DNA of 52,797 bases from a virus (Duplodnaviria; Caudoviricetes): positions 1 to 52,797 of the IMG/VR virus record IMGVR_UViG_3300023179_000145; one strand, given 5' to 3'. Below, one piece after another: positions 37,534 through 46,199 of the stretch. Both the position numbers and the translations under genes were made by a program. Each line of letters opens with the position of its first letter. Position 1 is the first letter of the stretch. The notes below the pieces were generated by a model. The model was not told the DNA's origin. It saw nothing but the letters and a program-made list of their open reading frames with translations, and searched no databases.

Positions 37534-38279
37534 TACAAGTAATAACCAGTTTCAATCAACTTTACTACGACCTCATTGGCAAGGATTCAGTAGACAGTTT
37601 CTTAGAGCATTGGCCTAAAGATCTCAAACTGAGTTGTTACGTAGAAGGATTTGAAATGCCCGCACATGAACGCGTCAATCAAATTGATTTTTCACAGTTA
37701 GAGGCAGATTACTTTCAATATCAGTTGGATACAACATTAAATCAAAGCATGAAAAAGTTTGCCAAGAAAGCATATAGTTTTATCCATGCCATGGATAATG
37801 CCAGTGCCAACTGGATAGTATGGTTAGATGCTGATGTTATCACCACACAATCTTTGCCTGTAGAATTATTACAAAGAGTATTACGCCCTGATCATCTAGC
37901 CATGTATATGGGTGTAACATATTTCACAGATAAAAGTGGTAATCCTGGTACTTGGTTAGTTCCTGAAACTGGAATATTTGCTGTGAATACTCAGCATGCG
38001 GATTTTGCCACCTTTAGAGCAGAGTATTGTCGTCGGTATCGAGAACGTGACTATGCAGATCTACGCAGATTTTATGATAATGATGTGTTTGGTGCTGCAT
38101 TATCAGTTGTGCCCACTGCTGCTGCACTGGATCTATGTGCAGGATTTAAAAAAGGATACAAAACCCCATTGCGGCATACTGTGTTAGGTGATCATCTCAT
38201 ACACTACAAAGCCAAGCACTCCAAGGCTGAATATGTGCAAGGCGATGTTGATGGCATCTGCGTAACTGACAACGACTAG
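37530..38279 (+). CDS. GT-A glycosyltransferase-like protein
   Basis: VITSFN, KFAKKAY, WLDAD, ETG, HYK; start MIQV overlaps the upstream stop. Confidence 0.7.
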   Translation: MIQVITSFNQLYYDLIGKDSVDSFLEHWPKDLKLSCYVEGFEMPAHERVNQIDFSQLEADYFQYQLDTTLNQSMKKFAKKAYSFIHAMDNASANWIVWLDADVITTQSLPVELLQRVLRPDHLAMYMGVTYFTDKSGNPGTWLVPETGIFAVNTQHADFATFRAEYCRRYRERDYADLRRFYDNDVFGAALSVVPTAAALDLCAGFKKGYKTPLRHTVLGDHLIHYKAKHSKAEYVQGDVDGICVTDND

Positions 38280-39100
38280 GTGGTCCAATAAGGTTCGCGC
38301 CTAGGACGTACTAGATCTCCGGGCAGGCTACGTCCAGTGGCTTTTCTGTTTCCTTTAAGGTGATCCAAGTATGCACCCCATGCAGTGTTAATCAGTGGAT
38401 GGCCTTCACCTTGAATTAATCCTTGGCTCCAATTTAATACTTTCCATTCAGGATGTGCAGCTTTTACTTCTTTACGGGTTTCGTCAAATACCCAGCAATC
38501 GTTCCACTCGGCCATGGTCATAAGTCGGCCTGAATCATATGCCAGCTGAAACTCAGAAAGCCATAATTTGGTGATAGGATTGTTTAAATTCATGCCATAT
38601 AACCCACATTCGCTAAACTTTTTCTCTCGTCCCAAGTAAGCTAGCCCTACATCTGCAGGCATCTGTAATAGTAAAAATGCTTCATTGATTCTGGTATGAC
38701 ATACCATATCGGCATCCATCCAAAATAGCACATCAGCTTTGCAGTTGGCCGCAGCATGAAATACAGAATAGGCTTTGTGGCTGAATCGTATTGCATCCCA
38801 ACGGAATCCAATACCCGGGGCTTTGCCTTTTTTATCTACAGGACCTGTTGCTACTTGGCCTCGGGCTCTAGGATCAGCCCCCCACCGTTGCTTGAACGCA
38901 ACAATCTCTGGACTTAGTGCATGTAGATCTCTCACATGTAAATTAGAAGCTGATTGTGTAATTTCACAATCTTCAGTATACACATAGAGATCAACTTCTC
39001 TTGGCCAACTTTTTAAAAAAGTATCAATCATCCGGCTAGCATATTTGTCGTACCCTGCCTGATTGAATGTAGTTACTACTGCATATTTTGTCATGATCAT
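38276..39100 (-). CDS. GT-A glycosyltransferase-like protein, paralogue of 37530
   Basis: VVTTFN, RFSHKAY, WMDAD, ECG, HLKG. Confidence 0.7.
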   Translation of the reverse strand: MIMTKYAVVTTFNQAGYDKYASRMIDTFLKSWPREVDLYVYTEDCEITQSASNLHVRDLHALSPEIVAFKQRWGADPRARGQVATGPVDKKGKAPGIGFRWDAIRFSHKAYSVFHAAANCKADVLFWMDADMVCHTRINEAFLLLQMPADVGLAYLGREKKFSECGLYGMNLNNPITKLWLSEFQLAYDSGRLMTMAEWNDCWVFDETRKEVKAAHPEWKVLNWSQGLIQGEGHPLINTAWGAYLDHLKGNRKATGRSLPGDLVRPRREPYWTT

Positions 39101-39131
39101 CCAGTTCTGAATAACTATTTAATACAATATC

Positions 39132-39974
39132 ATGAACATCAGTATTTTTAGTAAATTTGGGGCACTGAACTCTGGGCCAGTATTTGAAGCATTTCGTAAT
39201 GGTTGTAAAAAACATCGTATACGTGTATCTGAACATAACATGTCAGCAGACGTGGCAGTAATCTGGAGTCAACTGTGGGCTGGGCGTATGGCTCCTAATC
39301 GAGCGGTGTGGAACGAGTTCACTGCATCCGGACGTCCAGTGATTGTGCTAGAAGTAGGACAATTGAATCGTGGTGTGACTTGGAAAATGGGTATTAATGG
39401 TGTAAACGCTCGTGGATGGTTTGGTGAAGGAATTGAGCCAGGGCGAGCAAAAAAACTAGCAGTTCAATTATATCCATGGCATCAAGGAGATCATATCCTA
39501 ATAGCTATGCAACGTAGTGACAGTGAGCAATGGAACGGAATGCCACCTGCACAACAATGGTTAGACCAGACCATTGCCCGGATACGTGAGCACACTGATC
39601 GTGCTATTGTGGTTAGACCGCATCCTAGGCAAAAACTACAACCAAAGATGGGTATTAAGTTTCAAACACCATTGGCATTGCGTGGGACGTACGATGAATT
39701 TGATTTTAGATCTAACTTAAACAATGCATGGGCAGTGGTCAATGAAAACTCTGGGCCCGGCAGTCAAGCTATATTAGATGGTGTACCAGCATTTGTAGGT
39801 GTGGACTCAATGGCAGCGCCGGTGGCCAATCAAGACTATGCTCTAATAGAAAAACCACACATGCCTGATAGAGCAGTGTGGTTGAATAATCTATGTCATA
39901 CAGAGTGGACCTTGGGCGAGATCACTACTGGAAGACCAATAGAGAGATTACTTAGTAGATTGCAATCTAGCTAA
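39132..39974 (+). CDS. Capsule-biosynthesis-like (GT-B) protein, paralogue 3
   Basis: HTDRAIVVRPHP...VVNENSGPGSQAILDGVP. Confidence 0.6.
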   Translation: MNISIFSKFGALNSGPVFEAFRNGCKKHRIRVSEHNMSADVAVIWSQLWAGRMAPNRAVWNEFTASGRPVIVLEVGQLNRGVTWKMGINGVNARGWFGEGIEPGRAKKLAVQLYPWHQGDHILIAMQRSDSEQWNGMPPAQQWLDQTIARIREHTDRAIVVRPHPRQKLQPKMGIKFQTPLALRGTYDEFDFRSNLNNAWAVVNENSGPGSQAILDGVPAFVGVDSMAAPVANQDYALIEKPHMPDRAVWLNNLCHTEWTLGEITTGRPIERLLSRLQSS

Positions 39975-40928
39975 ATCAGCATCTACCATACTTCGTATCA
40001 TGGTGGCAAAATCAGTACGTGGTTTCCATCCTAGTATTTCTCTGGCCGAAGTTGAATCTCCGCATAAACTGTAAAGTTCAGCAGGGCGTTTGAATCTAGG
40101 ATCAGATTTGATCATAGCTTGCCAATCAGTGATGCCTGCATGGCGGAATGCAATATCGCATAAATCCCCGATACTGTGTTGTTCACCGGTGGAAATAACA
40201 TAGTCTCTAGCTTCAGGCTGTTGCAACATCAGCCACATGGCTTCTACAAAGTCGCCAGCGAAGCCCCAGTCACGACGTGAATCAAGATTACCTAATGTAA
40301 TAGATTTTTCTAGGCCTAGCTTGATGCGGGCAACTCCGTCAGTTACTTTGCGTGTGACAAACTCACGACCACGCAATGGACTTTCGTGATTGAACAAAAT
40401 ACCCGAACAAGCATATAGACTGTAGCTTTCACGGAAGTTTATAGTCATCCAATGGCTGTACAGTTTACTAACTCCGTACGGACTGCGAGGGCGAAATGGC
40501 GTTAGTTCGCCTTGTTGCCCGGCTTCGGTAGCATTACCAAACATCTCACTTGTGCTGGCTTGATAAAATCGTGTGTTAGGTGCATGACTGCGAATTGCAT
40601 TTAGCAAATTTAACGCACCAAGTGAGTTTACTTCAGTTGTGAGCTTGTTGAGATCCCAACTTGCTCCTACAAAACTCTGTGCTGCAAGATTATATACTTC
40701 TGCAGGTCTAAGAGTTTGCATGAGATGGTTCATGTTGTTTTCATCGGTGATATCGCCGGTGACCAGCTCAATGTCATCCTCTATACCTAACCACTTGATA
40801 TTTTCCAAGTTTGGGTTAGAATAGCGTTTTATCAGGCCATACACATGATAGCCTTTTTCAACCAATAGCTTGGCCAAATATGGGCCGTCTTGGCCGGTCA
40901 TTCCTGTTATAAATGCAGTGCGTTTCAT
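39948..40928 (-). CDS. gmd: GDP-mannose 4,6-dehydratase
   Basis: ITGMTGQDG, YNLAAQSFV, YQASTSE, SPYGVSK, GILFNHES, RDWG. Confidence 0.96.
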   Translation of the reverse strand: MKRTAFITGMTGQDGPYLAKLLVEKGYHVYGLIKRYSNPNLENIKWLGIEDDIELVTGDITDENNMNHLMQTLRPAEVYNLAAQSFVGASWDLNKLTTEVNSLGALNLLNAIRSHAPNTRFYQASTSEMFGNATEAGQQGELTPFRPRSPYGVSKLYSHWMTINFRESYSLYACSGILFNHESPLRGREFVTRKVTDGVARIKLGLEKSITLGNLDSRRDWGFAGDFVEAMWLMLQQPEARDYVISTGEQHSIGDLCDIAFRHAGITDWQAMIKSDPRFKRPAELYSLCGDSTSAREILGWKPRTDFATMIRSMVDADLARLQSTK

Positions 40929-40952
40929 AACATTATGTATCACACAAAACGA

Positions 40953-41405
40953 TCACACTGTAATATCTTCCATACCGGCAGTTCTTAGTCTTACCACATG
41001 GCCCATTTGCCACTGTTTACTATCCAAGCCTTTAAGAATGCCCAGCCAGCGATTGCGTAGCAATGCTACTTCGTTGATGATGGTTTCAAAGTCTACAACT
41101 TCGTCCTCACCGTCGGCATACTTTTCAGCATCACGAGAAGTAAGTGCCCGGGCATAGCCTTCTAGATACTTCTGGAAATGTTTCCTGCGTATCTTGCGTA
41201 GTTGTATGTTGAGATAGTTTAGAATAGCTTCAATCTCTTGTAGTTGATTGAAGCGTTGTTCTGTAATACCAGGCAAGGCCGTGATGTTCTTTTCTAGCAC
41301 ACCTGAAATTTTACAATCTCGTTTGGCTAGATCCAGTTCTGCTTCGTAATGATCAATAAAATCAGGAATAGCCGCTAAGTTGGCCACTACTCTGCTGTAC
41401 CACAT
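40953..41405 (-). CDS. uvsY: Recombination mediator UvsY
   Basis: KYLEGYARALTSRDAEKYADGE; lies near uvsX. Confidence 0.85.
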   Translation of the reverse strand: MWYSRVVANLAAIPDFIDHYEAELDLAKRDCKISGVLEKNITALPGITEQRFNQLQEIEAILNYLNIQLRKIRRKHFQKYLEGYARALTSRDAEKYADGEDEVVDFETIINEVALLRNRWLGILKGLDSKQWQMGHVVRLRTAGMEDITV

Positions 41406-41677
41406 CAGTTTTCCCAGTCGTCTTCGTGATCATCTTCTTCTTCATCGTCCTCAACGTCTTCTTCATCCTCGTAGCTTTTGTCATTGTCAAGATATGCTGT
41501 TAAAGCACGTTTGATATCCAAATCACCTTTGAATGTGTTTTTGATATCATCCACATCACAGTCATTGTCAATCAAGATCGCAACTATAGTTTCTGCTGCT
41601 TCGTCACGATCAACTGTGTTTACATACCTCTTGAGTTCTGACCAAAGTTCGCTGGCCACTGCTACTGCTTCATTCAT
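41405..41677 (-). CDS. Hypothetical acidic protein
   Basis: Operon packing; D/E-rich tail. Confidence 0.7.
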   Translation of the reverse strand: MNEAVAVASELWSELKRYVNTVDRDEAAETIVAILIDNDCDVDDIKNTFKGDLDIKRALTAYLDNDKSYEDEEDVEDDEEEDDHEDDWEN

Positions 41678-42729
41678 TCTACTGTTTCCTCCTGGGTACT
41701 TACCTCTTCCTTATGATTTCCAAAATCTGCAATAGCACGATCCAAACACCCTTCGTCATTGGCTTCCCACTTTTTGCGAAACTTCTTGATAATCTCACCA
41801 TCGCTGGTAACAAAAACTAGGCTGTTGCCTTCTTTTGTCAGCAGGTTGCGTTTTTCCATAAGATCAACCATGCCCGAATATGGACTCATGCCTGTTTCAT
41901 AAGGAATCTTGACCTGCACACCTTCAAAGGGTTTTGCATAGCGTGTTTTCATTACCTTGCAAGCAGCACGGATACCCATGACATCTGTAATCTTGTTGCC
42001 ATCTTCATCTTCTTTGAGTTTGAGCTTCTTCATGGCCACAACAATTGAACTGGCATAGATAAAACCTTGACCTCCGGAGATCTTGTCATCTGGATCAAAC
42101 ATATCCTGACTTGCATAGGTGTGATTGGTACACACAAGTCCTACATTGTAACTACCAAACATGTTTACACAGTTACGTACCAAACTGGTAAGTGCCTTGG
42201 GTTTACGACCCATGTCGCCTTTCATGTCGCCTGATTCAAATTGATTTACATCAGTAGGTGTGAGCAACATGCCTAGTGAATCAATCACAAACATGACTTT
42301 GGGACGATCAGTTTCGGGCAGGGCCTTGTAGTCGCTCATGAATGTGGAGATAGTTTTAGCTACGTCGTCAATCATGGCCATACTTAATTTAAGCAGTTTG
42401 CTATCACTGGTATCCACACCTAGTGCCTTGAGCCAATCTTCATCTAGAGCATTTTCACTATCCACTAGCACCACATAAATGCCTTGTGCTTGTGCATTCT
42501 TAATAATGTTACCGGAACAGATGTAACTTTTGCCTGCGCCCGACTCACCGGCAAACACAGTAACCTTGCCCAGTGGAATTCCTTTATTAAAATCTCCAGA
42601 GATCAAGTAGTTTAGAGCATAGTTGCCAGTTGATACCCAGTCTGTGGGATCGTTAAACCCAATGCTCAATCCTTCGATTGATTTGGTAATTTCCTTGCGG
42701 AATTTACTTACGTCAAATGGTTTACCCAT
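41674..42729 (-). CDS. uvsX: RecA-like recombinase UvsX
   Basis: GESGAGKS, DSENA, IDSLG, TNHTY, SGG. Confidence 0.95.
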   Translation of the reverse strand: MGKPFDVSKFRKEITKSIEGLSIGFNDPTDWVSTGNYALNYLISGDFNKGIPLGKVTVFAGESGAGKSYICSGNIIKNAQAQGIYVVLVDSENALDEDWLKALGVDTSDSKLLKLSMAMIDDVAKTISTFMSDYKALPETDRPKVMFVIDSLGMLLTPTDVNQFESGDMKGDMGRKPKALTSLVRNCVNMFGSYNVGLVCTNHTYASQDMFDPDDKISGGQGFIYASSIVVAMKKLKLKEDEDGNKITDVMGIRAACKVMKTRYAKPFEGVQVKIPYETGMSPYSGMVDLMEKRNLLTKEGNSLVFVTSDGEIIKKFRKKWEANDEGCLDRAIADFGNHKEEVSTQEETVE

Positions 42730-42745
42730 ATATCACCTTAAAATG

Positions 42746-42775
42746 TAAAAAACACAGAGGGGTTCCCCTCTGTGT
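42746..42775 (-). terminator. Rho-independent terminator after gp32
   Basis: Stem acacagaggg / ccctctgtgt with a T-run on the minus strand. Confidence 0.8.
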
Positions 42776-42792
42776 GATGCTGCTGCTGTTGC

Positions 42793-43788
42793 TTATTGCT
42801 TTTGGCGAGCGCGGATCATAGCCAAAATGTCTTCGGCCTTTTTGTTGCCTTCGGCTGGTTTAGATACCGGTGCTGATGCTGTGGATGGTTCATCATCAAA
42901 GTCCGTTGCCACTGGTGCTGTAGATGCTGACGCCTTCACTGCTGGTTTTGCAACTGGGGTATCTTCATCCACATCCGGTGCTGCTGCTGCTCCAACTGGG
43001 GCACTCATTCCAGCCGGGCGGTAGTATTGCCCCCAACGTTCAGCATCAAATGGTTGGCCATCTATGCTGGCTTCGAACATCTCTTTGATCACGTTGAGTT
43101 CTACTGCTGTGGGCTTCTTGGGCAAAAAGGTACTGAGATCAAACAGGCCATATTTTTCAATTGCTGCTTGTTCAGCTTCAGTAAGTGCAGATTCCTTACG
43201 TGCCCACTTAGAAGTGTTGTAATCAGCATAGTTGCCCTTTTGGGTCTTGGCAATACGGAAGTCCAGGCCAGCTGCGTAATCAGTTGGCAAGTTTTCCAAT
43301 TCAGGATCCATCAATGCACCTTTGATAATTGCAAAGATTTGAGGTCCGATCACAAACTTACGGATAGGATTTTCTGGAGTTTTGTCATCTGCAAGAGGAT
43401 TGTCACGCACAAACCCTTGATAGATGTAGCTGCGCTTTTTCCAATACTTACGGCCCATTTCTTCAAGGCTCTTGTCCTTGAACCAAGGACGTACTTCAGT
43501 AAGGATTGGGCAAGTTTCTCCCCACATTTCCATACAAGGTACTTGTACCATAACTTGTTTGGATTCCATTTCTCCTTTAATACCGTTGAAGGGCAGTCGG
43601 ATCATGGCTCGTTCGGCCCAGAAGAATGTGTTTTTGGAGTTACCATCCGGTAAGAATCGGAGATTACAAGATTGTCCTTCTTCAAGATTCCAATGAGGAT
43701 AAATGGAGTTGTCTCCGCCGGAGGATTGCCCTCCTTGTTTGTTTTCTGCTGCCTGTAGTCGTGCTCGAATTTCGCTGAGTGTTGCCAT
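42793..43788 (-). CDS. Single-stranded DNA-binding protein (gp32-like)
   Basis: LRFLPD, CPI, YWKKRSY, GLDFRI.K, ADY..S; Ala/Pro/acidic tail; next to uvsX. Confidence 0.9.
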   Translation of the reverse strand: MATLSEIRARLQAAENKQGGQSSGGDNSIYPHWNLEEGQSCNLRFLPDGNSKNTFFWAERAMIRLPFNGIKGEMESKQVMVQVPCMEMWGETCPILTEVRPWFKDKSLEEMGRKYWKKRSYIYQGFVRDNPLADDKTPENPIRKFVIGPQIFAIIKGALMDPELENLPTDYAAGLDFRIAKTQKGNYADYNTSKWARKESALTEAEQAAIEKYGLFDLSTFLPKKPTAVELNVIKEMFEASIDGQPFDAERWGQYYRPAGMSAPVGAAAAPDVDEDTPVAKPAVKASASTAPVATDFDDEPSTASAPVSKPAEGNKKAEDILAMIRARQKQ

Positions 43789-43842
43789 ATTGTGTTGCCT
43801 TTCTATGTTGCGTTAATATGATTTAAAAATTTAAGTGTGATC

Positions 43843-44529
43843 TTAAATGCTGCCTACAAGGTTATTATACACAGCCTTGTCTGTGTTTCCTACGAGATTG
43901 GTTGAATTGCTTTTACATTTGTTGCCGTGATATCTAGCATAGTTTCTAAAATCAAGTTTCAGATTACAATGCAGACAGATTTTTTGTTCAACATTGATAT
44001 GTTGTTTTCCAAAAAACGGATTGTTCTTACCAACTGGCCTAAAGGCAGTTGGATTTATTGTTGGACAATTATCACCATGCCACCGAGCATAGGTATTAGA
44101 GCCTACTGTGATGTTACAATGTGGACAAGTTATTTGTTTTTGCTTTTTGCCAAACATAGGATTACCTGGACCACTATTATTTAATTTGGCTTTTGCTCGA
44201 TTCTCAGGCTTACGCATGGCAATGTTACCCAGTAGATTGATTGGTGGAGCCATGCTATCATGTTTGTTCAACCACTTGCTATCCTCGACCACGTGCATAC
44301 GTTTGAGCACACGTTCTTCCCAGACTCGTGATTCGGTAATGCTATTGAATGTACGGCGAATTGTTCTCACAGATGGAGCACCGTGCTGTCGCACAAATTG
44401 TTTTACATGATTACTTGAAGTGGTGTAAGGGTTCCAGAGATCTGTGGGATCACACCCTTTTGCGTATCTGACTCCGTAGTACCATTTGTCTTGGTCGGGC
44501 CAGCCAATGAGATATGTATATGGTTTCAT
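43843..44529 (-). CDS. Putative GIY-YIG (Seg-like) homing endonuclease upstream of gp32
   Basis: YTYLI...YYGVR...Y.TSS...WEERVL...WLN; two NP(M/F)FGK + CxHC...HG repeats. Confidence 0.75.
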   Translation of the reverse strand: MKPYTYLIGWPDQDKWYYGVRYAKGCDPTDLWNPYTTSSNHVKQFVRQHGAPSVRTIRRTFNSITESRVWEERVLKRMHVVEDSKWLNKHDSMAPPINLLGNIAMRKPENRAKAKLNNSGPGNPMFGKKQKQITCPHCNITVGSNTYARWHGDNCPTINPTAFRPVGKNNPFFGKQHINVEQKICLHCNLKLDFRNYARYHGNKCKSNSTNLVGNTDKAVYNNLVGSI

Positions 44530-44530
44530 T

Positions 44531-44584
44531 CGTTGCCTATCTTTTTGCCTATCTAGTTGCCTATCTAGTTGCCTATCTAGTTGC
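44531..44584 (-). repeat. 12-bp tandem repeat (GCAACTAGATAG x3 plus one variant)
   Basis: Seen directly between a TAAATA near 44623 and the HEG ATG. Confidence 0.9.
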
Positions 44585-44630
44585 TTACGGAAGGGCATGC
44601 CACTACACACCCTTCTTTGTTTTATTTATG

Positions 44631-46181
44631 TCATTCGAGCAAACTCAATAATTTTATTCTTGCCAATTGTGCTTCGTAGATGCCACCCGAACACTCTGCT
44701 AGGCCATGCACAGGACAGTAGTGATTCTCCATGGTGTAGTTGCATTCAGCCAGTGGTTCTTGTGTTTCAAAAGTGGCTGTGTTATCACCTTCGGCCACTG
44801 GTGCTACTTGATCCGGAGGAGGTGCTTGAGCTGGAACTGGTTCCGCTGCTGGTTCCTCAACTGGTACTGGCTCAGTCACTGGTTCAGATGGTTGTTGTAA
44901 CGCATTAGACAGTTCAGCCAATTCTGGTATATGGTCTTGGTTACGATCAATCCAGGCTTGCACCAGCGGCACAGCATCTGCTGTGGGATCTTCGTCAGCC
45001 ATGGCACTCAGTTGATCAAACAATGCATCGTCACCAATCAAGTCATACAACACATCTATTGCATCCTCGGCATCGGGCCCCAGTGTTTGCGGCTGGCTCA
45101 TCCACATTTTGAGTTCAGATACCTTTTCGGGGGTATCAGGTACAGCCCAAGTTCCTTCTACCAATCTAGCAGCCCACGATTCAAATATCTCTGCTTCTTT
45201 CATGACCTGTGCTTCCTTCTGTATTCGTGCCAACATAGGCAATGCTTGTTCTATTCTAGGATCAATACGTGTTTCGATAAACATTTCACGAAGATCTTCC
45301 ACAACCATATCAGAATCACTGATCTCTGCTGGTTGCCATGATTCAAAATATTTCTGATAGCCGCGACTATTGGCCATATGTTTTAGATTTTGATTGAGAC
45401 GTTGATAGTATTGATCAGTTTCGGTTACTAGTATGGCAGCGGATCCTTCGTACACACGACCTTGTTGTGCTCTGCGGAATTGGCTTAGGGTATTAAGTTG
45501 GCTTACAGTTTCAGAAATATGTTGTCCACGCATGTCGTAAGGATTGCCACCTTGGCGCACATGTTCCACCATGGCCCGACCACCAGCTAGTTTACGAAAT
45601 GGCAAACGGAAACGTTCGCCTTCGGCAGTTTCAATAAACAAACTTTCCACATAGCGATAACGCTTGTCACCTTCTACAATGGGTTTGGAATGCTTGATCA
45701 TGAGTCTAGCATCAGTGGGTTCACCTGAATAACTGACTTTTCGTGTACCGTAAAAACTCTCTGTAAGTGCTGCTTGACCAGCAATGGCATACTTGAGTCT
45801 GCTGATATTGTCCAAACTAAATCCGCCACGTACTTTGCTGGTTCGGATAGCAAAGTTTTTAAGTTGTTCTAAGAATCCTGTTTCACCTGCTTCTGGATCG
45901 CCATACCAGGCTTTTTTATCTTCTGGGTCCATGGTACGACCCAGATTGTCCCCAAAATACACAGTCATGCCGCCGGTTTGATCCAGTAGAATGACCATGG
46001 TTCCGTAGTTCTTGCCAGTGGGTCCTACCCAATCAAAACTAAACATGTCTGCTTCAGACACATCAGGAACTCCGCGTTCGTTTACAGCGGGTTTTCCGGT
46101 CTTGGTACTAAGTGCGTCAACATCAAAATCACGTGTGATTAAGAGATTGTTGAGTTCGTTTGCAATTGAATTTTGTGCCAT
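44631..46181 (-). CDS. Hypothetical late protein, probably head-associated
   Basis: TAAATA 4 nt upstream; LTE/LVE/VAE/LAE/IYE sites; ends LARIKLLS. Confidence 0.7.
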   Translation of the reverse strand: MAQNSIANELNNLLITRDFDVDALSTKTGKPAVNERGVPDVSEADMFSFDWVGPTGKNYGTMVILLDQTGGMTVYFGDNLGRTMDPEDKKAWYGDPEAGETGFLEQLKNFAIRTSKVRGGFSLDNISRLKYAIAGQAALTESFYGTRKVSYSGEPTDARLMIKHSKPIVEGDKRYRYVESLFIETAEGERFRLPFRKLAGGRAMVEHVRQGGNPYDMRGQHISETVSQLNTLSQFRRAQQGRVYEGSAAILVTETDQYYQRLNQNLKHMANSRGYQKYFESWQPAEISDSDMVVEDLREMFIETRIDPRIEQALPMLARIQKEAQVMKEAEIFESWAARLVEGTWAVPDTPEKVSELKMWMSQPQTLGPDAEDAIDVLYDLIGDDALFDQLSAMADEDPTADAVPLVQAWIDRNQDHIPELAELSNALQQPSEPVTEPVPVEEPAAEPVPAQAPPPDQVAPVAEGDNTATFETQEPLAECNYTMENHYCPVHGLAECSGGIYEAQLARIKLLSLLE

Positions 46182-46199
46182 GGTGTATTTAGTAGACTT

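Noticed and set aside
44531-44610. CRISPR array or an N-terminal QLDR-repeat extension
   Set aside because: 12-bp units abut with no spacers and there are no cas genes; the nuclease domain starts at MKPY (44529).
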